Shown piece after piece: positions 18,972-29,075 of a stretch of DNA of 64,000 nucleotides. The position numbers and the translations under genes were made by a program. How positions within the stretch are numbered: the first letter of the stretch is position 1; each line of letters starts with the position of its first letter. The notes below the pieces were generated by a model. It was given only the letters and a program-made list of their open reading frames with translations, was not told where the DNA came from and searched no databases. This DNA comes from Fimbriimonadia bacterium (GTDB lineage: Bacteria; Armatimonadota; Fimbriimonadia; Fimbriimonadales; JABRVX01): NCBI GenBank assembly GCA_041483895.1, contig JBGPGO010000007.1:96001-160000 (forward strand). Direction: 5' to 3'.

Positions 18972-20468
18972 TCATAGGTCGTTCCCGCAATAGGATAGAT
19001 TGAAACTCTTGTTGATCAGTGGAAAGTCCGCAACAAGGTTGCGCCGCACGGCAATCGCGAGGCCGGTCCAGTTCTGAAAGCTGGGGTCTCGAATCGAATA
19101 GCGGGCGATCCCGCCCAGGCCGTCCGTCGTTATCCAGTGGATCAGTTCGCCCCGCCACGCCTCGACGATGCCGATCCCCACCCTCCCAGGAGGAAGGCTT
19201 TCTGGCGTATCAATCGAAGCGGGGCCGCTCGGAAGATCCGCGGAAACGCTTTCAAGGAGATTCAACGAGGCGAACAGTTCTTTACGGCGTACACGGGCGC
19301 GGGCAAGAACGTCGCCGGCCGGTTCGGTCGCGACCTCGATCCCTTGGGCGGGATATAGAGCGTGGGCGAAATGAGCGCGGGCGTCGTAGCGGCTGTTGCT
19401 GGCCCGCGCAACCGGGCCGACCATTCCAAACTCCGCGGCTAGGCTTGGGCGCAGAACTCCGACCCCCTCCATTCGCTCTTGAACGCCCGGGTTATCGAAG
19501 AGCAACTCGCATACTTCTTGGATTCCCGGCTTGAGCTCGGCAAGCCCTCGGATGAAAAGCCGCAGCTCTGCTTCGCCAACGTCCCACGCGACTCCGCCCG
19601 GACATACAAATCCGCGCTGAAATCGGGTTCCGGTCAAAGTTTGGCCGAGATTAAGTGCCGCGCCCCGCAGCCGCGCAAAAGCAGCCGCGCCAACGGCGAA
19701 GCCGATGTCCGAGCTCAAGCCGCCGAGATCGCCGAGATGATTGGCCAAACGCTCCGTTTCGAGCGCACTCGTGCGCAGCGCGCGGGCGCGCTTCGGCGTC
19801 TCGATTTGCCAAAGGGTTTCCAGCGCTTCCGAGTGAGCCAATGCGTTCGCTAAGGCAGAGTCGGAACTGGCGCTCTCCGCAACGTGGCGCGCGTGACGCC
19901 ACGGGACCTCGGCCAATCGCGCTTCGATACCACGATGTTGGTACCCCAAGCGAATCTCCAAGTTCGCGATCACCTCGCCGAGGCAGCTGATCCGAAAGTG
20001 GCCTGGCTCTATGATGCCCGCATGAATTGGACCGACGGGAATCTCATGGACCCCTTCCCCTTCAACAACCATGAACTCCGATATTCGTGGGGACAACGGT
20101 CCGTCCGACGGAATTGCCATCGGAAACTGATCAATGGGCCAGGCTTCGTGAAGGATCAGACTCTTCCAACGAGGGTGGCCGGCGGCGCGAAGACCCCAGA
20201 GGTCGCCGATCATGCGCTCGGCCGAATGTGCGGCGGGAACAGCGCTCGTTACCGAGGGAAATTCCGTACGGCCAAACGGAAGCTCGCAAAATATGACTTC
20301 AGTCGAGCCGGTGTCGATGTTTAGCAGCAGGGCTTCGAGCAACCGAACGCCGCCCTCTGACCGCCGGACCGTGAGATGCCCATATCGCCAGCCCTGCCGA
20401 TTCCTGCGTTCCAGTAGGGCGGATTGCCAGTTTGCCAGGTCAACTGATAGGGTGGTACCGCCGATCAA
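18972..20468 (-). CDS. Ehr/HyfG-like large subunit (NuoC+NuoD-like) lacking the NiFe-binding CxxC motifs
   Basis: GPIHAGIIEPGHF, GYQHRGIE, VEAWRGE and DPSF.NW; C-terminus DFPLINKSFNLSYCGNDL. Confidence 0.85.
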   Translation of the reverse strand: MIGGTTLSVDLANWQSALLERRNRQGWRYGHLTVRRSEGGVRLLEALLLNIDTGSTEVIFCELPFGRTEFPSVTSAVPAAHSAERMIGDLWGLRAAGHPRWKSLILHEAWPIDQFPMAIPSDGPLSPRISEFMVVEGEGVHEIPVGPIHAGIIEPGHFRISCLGEVIANLEIRLGYQHRGIEARLAEVPWRHARHVAESASSDSALANALAHSEALETLWQIETPKRARALRTSALETERLANHLGDLGGLSSDIGFAVGAAAFARLRGAALNLGQTLTGTRFQRGFVCPGGVAWDVGEAELRLFIRGLAELKPGIQEVCELLFDNPGVQERMEGVGVLRPSLAAEFGMVGPVARASNSRYDARAHFAHALYPAQGIEVATEPAGDVLARARVRRKELFASLNLLESVSADLPSGPASIDTPESLPPGRVGIGIVEAWRGELIHWITTDGLGGIARYSIRDPSFQNWTGLAIAVRRNLVADFPLINKSFNLSYCGNDL

Positions 20469-21913
20469 GAATGGCCTCCCGGCTGCAACGCCTTCCCGAT
20501 AAACTCGAGCGCGGTGGGTGTCACCGCAAGAAACGCCGCCGCCGCGACCAGCAACAGCACCGACGGGTAGATCGGTCCCGGCGATCTCTGGCTCTCCGCG
20601 CGTCCAGGATTTCCGCCAAAAACGACGCGGCCCAAGTGAATGAGCACAGCCACAAAACTAACGGCCAGGCCGGCAACGAGCGCGATACCAATGCCCCAAT
20701 GCCGTCCGTCGGCAGCCTTTGCCAACAGCAACCACTCGCTTACAAATGATGCAAAGGGCGGCGCACCCATTACCGCGAGGCCTGCCGCAAGCATGGCGAA
20801 TCCGAGCCCCGGAGTCCGCCGCATCACGCCGGTGAGCTTGGAGAGCATGACGGTCCCATGGCCCTTCATAACGTTTCCGGAAAGAAGAAATGCGGAGGTC
20901 TTTGACAAGCTGTGAGCCAGGGCGTGCAATGCAAAGATCGGGGCCGCGCCTAGTCCGACCGCAACAGCGAGCAGACCCATGTTCTCGACGCTCGAATAGG
21001 CCCACATTCGCTTGAGGTCTCGTTGTCGAATCAAGATGATGGCGGCCGCGAGAACCGAGATGGCGCCCATCGGCGCGAGCAGGCCGGCGAGGAGGATACG
21101 AGATTCCGATCGCTCGACGATGCCGGCAATGCGCCACAGGGCGACCATCGCACAGTTGAGCAGCGCGCCGGAAAGGAGCGCGGAGGCCGGGGCCGGGGCT
21201 TCGCTGTGGGCGTCGGGCAACCAGTTGTGGACGGGAAAGAGGCCGGCTTTGGTTCCGTATCCAAGGACGAAGAATACGAACCCCGCCTCCAGCAATGAGC
21301 GCTTCAGGCTCGAAGCGTGTTCACTGAGCCAAGAGATGCTAAGACCTCCCTCCGCGCCACCGGCGCCCCCTGCTGCAGCCAAGAACAGCACGGTACCGAG
21401 CAACGCAAACGCGATCCCGACGCCACACAAGATGAGGTACTTCCAGGCCGCCTCAATGGACCTTCGCGATCCTTGCAGCAGGATGAGCGGCGCTGTGATC
21501 AGCGTGGTTGCCTCCATTGCGACCCATAATGCGCCAAGGTCCGCCGCGCAGACGACGGCGTTGGCCGCAACGATAAAGAGCGCCGCCAGCCCGAACAGCG
21601 CTCGTGCGGCCTTCTTGCTTAGGTGTAGTTCGTCGGGATTGTCGAGCAACAGCGCCGCGCTGACCATCGACGCACCGAAAACGATAGAATTGACGGCGAG
21701 GATCCATGCCGCGATCCCGTCGATCTGAAACCAGTTAAGGAACAATGGCCGGGCTTCGTGTCCAAAAACCGAAACGGCTACCCAGCCCGTTGCGACACTC
21801 TGAGCGACGCCACAGATGGCTCCGATCAGACGTATCCACTTCAGATCGTGGAGCAGCAGAGCGGAGGCTGCCAGCACTATCGGAAAGAAACCCAGAGCCA
21901 GCACGGTTGTCAT
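20465..21913 (-). CDS. HyfF-like antiporter-type membrane subunit
   Basis: EATT, EAAWKY, GTKAGLFPVHNWLPDAHSEAP and KRMWAYSSVEN; ATG overlaps the upstream stop. Confidence 0.88.
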   Translation of the reverse strand: MTTVLALGFFPIVLAASALLLHDLKWIRLIGAICGVAQSVATGWVAVSVFGHEARPLFLNWFQIDGIAAWILAVNSIVFGASMVSAALLLDNPDELHLSKKAARALFGLAALFIVAANAVVCAADLGALWVAMEATTLITAPLILLQGSRRSIEAAWKYLILCGVGIAFALLGTVLFLAAAGGAGGAEGGLSISWLSEHASSLKRSLLEAGFVFFVLGYGTKAGLFPVHNWLPDAHSEAPAPASALLSGALLNCAMVALWRIAGIVERSESRILLAGLLAPMGAISVLAAAIILIRQRDLKRMWAYSSVENMGLLAVAVGLGAAPIFALHALAHSLSKTSAFLLSGNVMKGHGTVMLSKLTGVMRRTPGLGFAMLAAGLAVMGAPPFASFVSEWLLLAKAADGRHWGIGIALVAGLAVSFVAVLIHLGRVVFGGNPGRAESQRSPGPIYPSVLLLVAAAAFLAVTPTALEFIGKALQPGGHS

Positions 21914-22554
21914 TCGCGCAACTCTCGCATCTTGACAACGTCCATGTGCTCGAAGCTCTCCCGAACGCGAAACAGGACGATTCCGGCCAAGAGAACCCCG
22001 ATGAAGAGGTCGAATAGGATGCCCAACTCGATAACGACAGGCATTCCCGGTGTCTGAGTGGAGGCGTATGCGAAAATGCCGTTGTCGAGCACGAGAAACC
22101 CAATCAGCATTCCCATTGCCGATCGCCGGGTCATCATGATCATGAGGCCGATCAAGACGGTGGCCATCGCCAGCCCGGCGCTGGCGGAAAGGAGCCCGGT
22201 CGCCGAAAACCGTCCGCTCTGAAAATAGCAGACTGCCGTGGCCGCCGCGCCAAACGGCATCGCCAATCCGGGTCCAATCCCCACTCCTCGGTCCCGAACG
22301 ACTTGCAACCGGCAGGCGCTCCAATTCAAGAACACGGGAATTCCAATTGCCTTCAGCGCAATGACGGCGCAGCCAAGCCACTGCTCGCCCGGAGACCCTT
22401 CACTGATTCCTCGGAAGAGCAACAGCGCGCCCAAAGCCGCGCTTTGCGCAGCCAAACCCCATAGCATGCTCCGCACCCGAGTGACACCGAGCATCCAGAG
22501 TGAAGCCATCGTCGCTAGTCCGATGAGGTCTTGGAACTGTGTCAAGCCATCCAT
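21910..22554 (-). CDS. HyfE-like membrane subunit
   Basis: Hydrophobic 214 aa; GFLVLDNGI and ELGILFD; operon position. Confidence 0.82.
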   Translation of the reverse strand: MDGLTQFQDLIGLATMASLWMLGVTRVRSMLWGLAAQSAALGALLLFRGISEGSPGEQWLGCAVIALKAIGIPVFLNWSACRLQVVRDRGVGIGPGLAMPFGAAATAVCYFQSGRFSATGLLSASAGLAMATVLIGLMIMMTRRSAMGMLIGFLVLDNGIFAYASTQTPGMPVVIELGILFDLFIGVLLAGIVLFRVRESFEHMDVVKMRELRE

Positions 22555-23478
22555 CTAGCTTCCCACCGCCGCCACGAAGGCGGACATGACTGCCAGCGCC
22601 GTAGAAAAAGCGACGAACGATGGAACGCGCCTCCAGTTGAGCTTGACAGCGATTCCCTCCAGAATCCCCAGCAAGAATCCGAGCAGCAGAATCATTCCGC
22701 CGGTAAGCATGGCCTGGAAGACACCCGGCCCAAGCGACGGACTCATCCAACCCAGCGTCATTCGAATGCCGATGCCGAAAAATACCGCCGTACGAAGGGC
22801 AACGGTCGTTTCGATGAGCGCAAGGCTGCGTCCGCTGTTTTCGAGAATCGTCGCCTCGTGGATCATGGTTAATTCCAGGTGCGTCGTCGGGTCGTCCACC
22901 GGCATACGCGAGAGTTCCGCCAAGGCCGCGACCAAAAACGCAGACCCGGAAAGTAAGGCCACGGTACTTCGAATCGGTGATTCCAAGGCGATCGACAGGT
23001 CCGTCGATCCGCTTGCAAGCGCGACAGCGGTCAAGCTCACCAGCACGCTTGGCTCTATCAGCACCGCCAATGCGACTTCGCGGCTCGCTCCAAGACCTCC
23101 GAACGCCGAACCGGTGTCCAACGCACCCAACACGGAAAAGAACCGAGCTGCCGCAAGGAGGTAGACGATCAGAATCAGGTCCGCCGCTCCCGTCCCCCTG
23201 GCCAATGGTTCCGCGCCTGTCCAGGGTACGACTGCCGCGACCAAGAGCGCAATACCGAACCCAACCAAAGGGTTCGCGCGAAAAACCCAGGAGGTGGTCG
23301 AGCTGATGGTCTCACCCTTCCGGAACCTCTTGGCGAGGTCGAAAAACGGTTGCAAGAACGGCGGTCCGGGCCTTCCCTGCATCAGCGCTTTGGTCTTGCG
23401 GATCACGCAAGTCAGCAGCAATGGGATGAAGATTAGTTCCGTCAGGTGCAATGTCCGCAGAGGCAACCCGGTCATCAT
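22555..23478 (-). CDS. HyfC/NuoH-like membrane subunit
   Basis: GRPGPPFLQP..DL.K, GASRE and RMPVDDPTTHLELTMIHEA. Confidence 0.88.
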   Translation of the reverse strand: MMTGLPLRTLHLTELIFIPLLLTCVIRKTKALMQGRPGPPFLQPFFDLAKRFRKGETISSTTSWVFRANPLVGFGIALLVAAVVPWTGAEPLARGTGAADLILIVYLLAAARFFSVLGALDTGSAFGGLGASREVALAVLIEPSVLVSLTAVALASGSTDLSIALESPIRSTVALLSGSAFLVAALAELSRMPVDDPTTHLELTMIHEATILENSGRSLALIETTVALRTAVFFGIGIRMTLGWMSPSLGPGVFQAMLTGGMILLLGFLLGILEGIAVKLNWRRVPSFVAFSTALAVMSAFVAAVGS

Positions 23479-25436
23479 AGAACGCCCGCCAGCCACCAGA
23501 GCAACCCGAGCGTGATCACCATCCACATCAAGTATTGGTGAATGCTGCCCGCCTGCAGTCGCATGATGAACCCTTCGGACAGCCGCACGGCCGCTCCCAA
23601 TGCGGGCGAATAGACCCGCGACTCCAGATACGGCTCATGGCGCGACTCGGCACGGACCTCTGTTGGAAAATGCCGTCGCCCTTTCCCCTCGACTGCCACT
23701 TCCATCTCGTAGCGATACAGCGCACCGAACAGCCGCACAATCGGCTGCGCGAAGCTCGCAGCTGTGTATTGCGCGCGCGCCGGCAGAGCGCCGAAACCGC
23801 AGTCCCATGTGACATATTGCCGTGCGGGACGCCATTTGGCCAATCGAGTCATGGTGGCCCAGACGACGCCAATGACAGCGAGACCCGCAATCGTCATCGG
23901 AATTATGGGGAGACTGTTGCCGGATGCCTGCCGCGTTTGGACGAATCCCAGATCAAACATAGCCTGCCAAACCCGAGGCGCGCCCAGGCCCAGCGCCGCG
24001 CACAGAACAGCGAGGAACCCGCACGCCGCCGCCATTGCGGGACCGGCTTCGCGGGCTTTGGCAGCCTCTCTGCTGCGCGGCTGTCCAAGGAAACAGATTC
24101 CGAACGCCTTACCAAAACAGGCAAGGGCCAATGCGCCGACAAGGCCAACCCAACCCAGAAGGAGCACAGCCACCAACCTCAGCTCGCCGCTCGGACCGGA
24201 AGCGCCCATCTGGAAGAGTCCCTTGTACAGCAGCCATTCGCTGGCAAAGCCGTTTAAGGGCGGAAGAGCGCATATTGCGGCGCTTCCGACGAAGAACATC
24301 GCTGCCGTCCAAGGCATCCGGTGGATCAGACCACCCAAGCGATCCAACTCCCTCGTGTGAGCGTTGGCATCGACTATGCCCGCGCACAAGAAGAGCAAGG
24401 CCTTGAATATCCCGTGGTTCAAAGTATGAAATAACCCCGCAGCCAATGCAACGTCCGAAACAGCACGAAGTCCCGCTCCCCGCGCCACGAGAGATATTCC
24501 CGCCGCAAGGAGAATCAGGCCGATGTTTTCTACGCTGTGATATGCCAGCAGTCGCTTTAGGTCGTGCTGCAGCAATGCAAACAGCACTCCCCAGAAGGCG
24601 GATACGGCTCCCGCCGCAATCAGCGCCCATCCCATCCACGGAACTCCGATGCCGCCTAACAAAAACAGCCGAAAAATCGCATAAATCGCCGTCTTGATCA
24701 TCACGCCGCTCATGAGCGCGGAAACCGGGCCAGGAGCAGCTGGGTGCGCAATCGGCAGCCACAGGTGGAAAGGCCATGAGCCTGCCTTCGTCAGAAGACC
24801 GACGAGAATGAGCGCCGCCGGACCCGAGGCCTCGCCGCCCCGGATGATCCATTCCTGGAAATTCCATGATCCCGTCATCGCATGCGCCCAAAGAAATCCC
24901 GCCATCAAGAACGCTGAGCCGATCCGCGTCGCCCCCAGGTAAATGAACGCTGCCCGTCGAACAGCTTGCCGTTCATGCTCCGTGGCAACCAACAGGAACG
25001 AGGACAGTGCCATCAGTTCCCAAAATGCGAAGAACACGAGCGCGTTGCGTGCGATGACGACGCCTGCCATGCTGGCGAACAACAGCGCCAGACCCGACCA
25101 GACGAGCCCCGGACGCGCCCGTCCACGAAGATGTTGCAAATAACCAGGGAGATATATGCAGATTGGAAGTCCGACGACCCCTATCAGACCAAGAAACCAT
25201 CGGCTCAACGGATCGATGACGAAGCTGATGTCCGTCCCTGCCAAACCGATTCCAGCCGGCAGGGTGACGAGACCGGTCTTTCCGATAAACGCCGACAGCA
25301 GACACAGAGCGCAACCAGCGATACTTAGTACCCCCGCAACGCCAACACGACTCGCGGAGCGGAGCAGGCCCAGCAGACTCGCGATTCCAAAGATCGCCAA
25401 CGCGCCGACGACTATGGATGGCGAATCGAAGTTCAT
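23475..25436 (-). CDS. HyfB-like antiporter-type membrane subunit
   Basis: WELM, KAGSWPFHLWLPIAHPAAP, KRLLAYHSVEN, PPLNGFASEW and TWDCG. Confidence 0.9.
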   Translation of the reverse strand: MNFDSPSIVVGALAIFGIASLLGLLRSASRVGVAGVLSIAGCALCLLSAFIGKTGLVTLPAGIGLAGTDISFVIDPLSRWFLGLIGVVGLPICIYLPGYLQHLRGRARPGLVWSGLALLFASMAGVVIARNALVFFAFWELMALSSFLLVATEHERQAVRRAAFIYLGATRIGSAFLMAGFLWAHAMTGSWNFQEWIIRGGEASGPAALILVGLLTKAGSWPFHLWLPIAHPAAPGPVSALMSGVMIKTAIYAIFRLFLLGGIGVPWMGWALIAAGAVSAFWGVLFALLQHDLKRLLAYHSVENIGLILLAAGISLVARGAGLRAVSDVALAAGLFHTLNHGIFKALLFLCAGIVDANAHTRELDRLGGLIHRMPWTAAMFFVGSAAICALPPLNGFASEWLLYKGLFQMGASGPSGELRLVAVLLLGWVGLVGALALACFGKAFGICFLGQPRSREAAKAREAGPAMAAACGFLAVLCAALGLGAPRVWQAMFDLGFVQTRQASGNSLPIIPMTIAGLAVIGVVWATMTRLAKWRPARQYVTWDCGFGALPARAQYTAASFAQPIVRLFGALYRYEMEVAVEGKGRRHFPTEVRAESRHEPYLESRVYSPALGAAVRLSEGFIMRLQAGSIHQYLMWMVITLGLLWWLAGVL

Positions 25437-25813
25437 GTCGCCCGCTTTCGGCGAGTATTCTTGACCGGATTTTTCTTCAGAGCCGTTGGTTCGAGCTGCT
25501 CCATCATCTCGGCCATTTCGGCGATGCGCGCATAGCAGAATGCCCGGAGGGTGTTGAATACTTGCGTGATCGCCGGATCGCGGATCGAATACAGGACGCT
25601 ATTTCCGACCTTTCGCGGACTGAGGATGCCCTTGCTGCGAAGGATCGTCAGGTGCTGTGAAACGTTTGCCGGCTCGATGCCAAGTTGCCGGCACACCTCT
25701 CCCGAGGACAGCTCTCCATCGCGCAGAAGTTCAACGATAGCGACCCGTGTCGGATGCGCCAGCGCCTGAAACACTTCTGCCTTGTACCTCCGGATTGCTT
25801 CATCCATATTCAT
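25433..25813 (-). CDS. ArsR/SmtB family transcriptional regulator
   Basis: FQALAHPTRVAIVELL...NVSQHLTILR HTH; the longer ORF start runs through repeats and is not used. Confidence 0.88.
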   Translation of the reverse strand: MNMDEAIRRYKAEVFQALAHPTRVAIVELLRDGELSSGEVCRQLGIEPANVSQHLTILRSKGILSPRKVGNSVLYSIRDPAITQVFNTLRAFCYARIAEMAEMMEQLEPTALKKNPVKNTRRKRAT

Positions 25814-25940
25814 CATCCGTCTCGGCCATCGCCGAGAGAAAATCATGGCATATATATTCGCAATTTCGCAAGGGACAACTTTCGAACTTTCGCAGGAATC
25901 GCTTCGCTTTCGGTTAGACGTGGGACCTGGATGCGACCTG

Positions 25941-26141
25941 GATGCGATCGGTCTCCTGACCGAGTCGCAACCATTCTCTAGGTCTCCTGACCGCCCACCG
26001 TTTGTCTTGTCAAGAGACGCCGGAAGAACCTGCGACTCGGTCAGGAGACCGGTCGCATCTTTGGGCATCTTTGTGGTTGTGTCAGCGAAAACCTGCGACT
26101 CGGTCAGGAGACCGGTCGCATGGAAGGAGACTGGTCTCATC
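25941..26141. repeat. 119-bp inverted doublet of family A (25941-26059) plus extra copies
   Basis: Reverse complement of 34065-34183 with a few changes; extra A at 26094-26121 and a degenerate half at 26126-26141. Confidence 0.92.
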
Positions 26142-26175
26142 GAAGAGTGTCAGCGGATTGGACGGCTCCCGTCCC

Positions 26176-27606
26176 CTATCCGAAAGCAGGTTTGATGCCG
26201 AGCAGGCAGTCGATCACGTCGTCTGCCGTGTAGGACTTCTGACCGGGCTTCAAAAACCGGGACAGGTTTGCGAGGTCGTCTCCCGCCGTGACGATCGCGG
26301 GCTCCATGAAGCCATCCTTGCGCACCTGGCCAAAGCCTGCCGTCGTAAGCAAGCCATTACATATGCACTTGCGCCCGGCAGTAGCGGCACGATCGCCACC
26401 CTTGGCAACGTAGTCTTCGATCGGCTCTCCAGGGCAGCGGTAGCCCACAGACCCGTTCGCTTTTCGGTAGGGTTGGCGCAGGTAGCCCAAATTGCACAAG
26501 CGCTCCCGGCGCTCATAAACAACCGGGTCGGAGAGTGTGCCGGGCAGGTCGACCACCTTAAATGGAAACCCGGTGGTGGATGCGAGAGGGTCCGTGAACA
26601 CTCGAATTGTTCCATCGAGGACCTTTTGGATGACTTTCGCTTTGATGTCCGGCGCGATGCCGGACTCCTTGCAGAAGGCGAACGCCGTTCCGACCTGGAT
26701 ACCTTGCGCTCCGATGCAAAGGGCTTCGCAGAGCTTTTCCGGCGATCCGAATGAACCCGCGAGCCAAAACGGCAGCCCCAGATCGCGAATCACGGATATA
26801 TCGGGAGCATCGCGCGGACCGTATATCGGCTCGCCCGAATCGCTAAGCACGCTCACGCCTCGCGGCGGCGCATTGTGCCCGCCGGCCGTCGGTCCTTCAA
26901 TGACGAAGCCGTCCACTCGCCCGACGCTCTTTTTGGCCAAAGTGTTCGCAAGCACGGTCGAAGCGATGATTCCGAGGAACTTCGGGCGGCAAAGGCTTTC
27001 GGCGCCCTGACAATATTCCCGAGGGTCGAATTCGGAGAGAAAAACTTCGTCGGGCCCGGCGTCCGCGACGTCGATTCTCAGATCCGTTGGCTCAATCGCC
27101 GCCAGGCGGTCCAGCGCGCCAGGAATGAACCGTGGGATCCCGGCGCCCATCAGAACATAATCGACATTGGCAAGGATCGCGCCGAACAGCGCGGGAAGCG
27201 TCGGAAGCTGGATCTTTTCGAGGAGATTGATGCCGACCAACCCACTATGCCCCCACTTAGCGAGGAAAACTTCGACGAAGCTCGCTACGACGACAAGTTC
27301 CGTAAACGCTTTCGGCGGATGCAGCGAGGGGACGGGCTTGGACTTGAATGGTGCGCTTGGACGCTTGCCTCCAGGAACATAGAAGCGGGACCACACTCGC
27401 TCGGCCATGTCGCGCAAGGGAAAGGCGTCCAGCCCGAGGCGCATATTCCCGCCCACGTCGCCAAGCTGCAGCCTCCGTACAAGAATCGCATCGAGACCGG
27501 TTCCGGACACCACGCCGAGTTGGCCGCGCATGGACACCGCGCGAGCCAGCGGCCACGCCGAAACGGCCACTCCCATCCCTCCCTGGATAATTTGGGGATA
27601 TGTCAA
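26176..27606 (-). CDS. Nitronate monooxygenase/FabK-like flavoprotein with Cys-rich C-terminus
   Basis: IIQGGMGVAVS, MGAGIP, EGPTAGGHN and QVGTAF; CNLG...CPGE...CICNGL. Confidence 0.8.
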   Translation of the reverse strand: MTYPQIIQGGMGVAVSAWPLARAVSMRGQLGVVSGTGLDAILVRRLQLGDVGGNMRLGLDAFPLRDMAERVWSRFYVPGGKRPSAPFKSKPVPSLHPPKAFTELVVVASFVEVFLAKWGHSGLVGINLLEKIQLPTLPALFGAILANVDYVLMGAGIPRFIPGALDRLAAIEPTDLRIDVADAGPDEVFLSEFDPREYCQGAESLCRPKFLGIIASTVLANTLAKKSVGRVDGFVIEGPTAGGHNAPPRGVSVLSDSGEPIYGPRDAPDISVIRDLGLPFWLAGSFGSPEKLCEALCIGAQGIQVGTAFAFCKESGIAPDIKAKVIQKVLDGTIRVFTDPLASTTGFPFKVVDLPGTLSDPVVYERRERLCNLGYLRQPYRKANGSVGYRCPGEPIEDYVAKGGDRAATAGRKCICNGLLTTAGFGQVRKDGFMEPAIVTAGDDLANLSRFLKPGQKSYTADDVIDCLLGIKPAFG

Positions 27607-27754
27607 GGTTTTATGTTCACCATCGGGCGGCAGCGACCGCCCACGTGGGCACTATTGAAGCCGAGCAGTTCACCACATTAGTTTACTTGATCGAAGAATG
27701 TCCGACGTCCCCAACTTAGGCCGATGACGTCCGCTCCTTGATGCAAGTCTACCC

Positions 27755-27963
27755 GTCGTATAGGACATATAGGACTTATACGACATATAGGACCGTTCTG
27801 GTTGCGACTCGGTCAGGAGACCGGTCGCATCGCATCCAGCATCGGAGTTGCGAGCAGGTTCTTTCAGGGTCTCCTGACCGGACAAACGCCGGGCGGTCAG
27901 GAGACCTAAAGAATGGTTGCGACTCGGTCAGGAGACCGGTCGCATCCAGTGACCGGTCGCATC
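27755..27963. repeat. Mosaic of a family C array, an A copy and a 5'-truncated A doublet
   Basis: C at 27755-27793; A at 27802-27831; doublet remnant at 27854-27946; half copy at 27951-27963. Confidence 0.9.
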
Positions 27964-27968
27964 CAGTG

Positions 27969-29075
27969 CTAGTGGTGGGGCGGTGGAGTGTCGAGGATGC
28001 CCTTGAGCGTCATCAAGCCGATGAGCAGAACGACCGCCACGCCGGCATCGATCACCCACTGGCGCTTACCCGGATGGCGCGATTTCGAACGGTCGAGCCA
28101 CGGAAGGAAGAACATGCCGAGCGACACCAGCCCCGGAGCGATGACCGTCGCCACGATCTCCCACCGGGCGGGCATTAGCTTCAGGAGCTCATACAATCCA
28201 AGGAAGTACCACTCCGGCCGGGGTACGAAGTCCGTCCCGGCGGGATTGGCGACCGACTGCAACTCGGCGCCTTTCGTCAATGCCAGATAGATCACCAGCC
28301 CCATGCCTAAGAACACGACCACTGCATCGCGGAAGAGCTGAACCGGGAAAAATGGGACGGGCCTTCCTTTTTGCGGCACAACCGGCCCGGCTATGTGAAG
28401 CCGTCGGACGAGATAGAGATGGAGCGCCGTCAAAGCGATGAGCGCGGCAGGCAGGAGCATGATGTGGATCGCGTAGAAGCGGCTCAGGGTTAGCGAACCG
28501 ACCTCTTCCCCGCCGCGAATCAGGACCATCATCGCGTGGCCGACGAACGGGACGGTGTTCGCAATCCGGGTGCCCACGACCGTCGCCCAGTACGCCTTCT
28601 GGTCCCAGGGCAGCAGGTAGCCCGTGAATGAGAAGCCGAGCATGATCAGAAAGATGAACGAGCCAACGAGCCAAGTCAACTCGCGCGGCTTCTTATAGGA
28701 TCCAAAGAAGAAGACACGAAGAATGTGCAAGACGGTGACGATGACGATCATGGTCGCGCCCCAGAGGTGGACGCCACGGACGAATGAGCCGAGCGGGACC
28801 TGATAGGTTAGGTACTTCACGCTATCATACGCCGTTGTCGGTCCAGGGCTGTAGAACATGGCCAACGCGATTCCTGTGACGAACTGAAAGACCAGCAGCG
28901 TGAGCAGCAGGTTTCCGAGTGTCTGCCACCAGCCCACGCCGGGGGGCATTGGCTCATCCAGGTTCTTGCGAACAAATCCCCACCAGCCAAGCCGCAGATC
29001 CAACCAGTCCTTGAAATTTGGGCGCTCTAGTTTTAGTTGATCTTCTTGGGACAGCATTTCTTCGCTCATGATCAC
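27969..29075 (-). CDS. Cytochrome b of a Rieske/cytb complex (b6 + subunit IV fused)
   Basis: RGVHLWGA, VLHILRV, TGYLLPWDQ..YW, FYAIH...LHL and the PEWY Qo motif. Confidence 0.93.
   Translation of the reverse strand: MIMSEEMLSQEDQLKLERPNFKDWLDLRLGWWGFVRKNLDEPMPPGVGWWQTLGNLLLTLLVFQFVTGIALAMFYSPGPTTAYDSVKYLTYQVPLGSFVRGVHLWGATMIVIVTVLHILRVFFFGSYKKPRELTWLVGSFIFLIMLGFSFTGYLLPWDQKAYWATVVGTRIANTVPFVGHAMMVLIRGGEEVGSLTLSRFYAIHIMLLPAALIALTALHLYLVRRLHIAGPVVPQKGRPVPFFPVQLFRDAVVVFLGMGLVIYLALTKGAELQSVANPAGTDFVPRPEWYFLGLYELLKLMPARWEIVATVIAPGLVSLGMFFLPWLDRSKSRHPGKRQWVIDAGVAVVLLIGLMTLKGILDTPPPHH

Noticed and set aside
18972..20468. NiFe hydrogenase call
   Set aside because: Both CxxC Ni-binding motifs are absent and there are no maturation genes.
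25814..26140. Long N-terminal extension of the ArsR ORF
   Set aside because: It is read-through of intergenic repeats; the ArsR domain starts near 25813. Not counted as a coding insertion.
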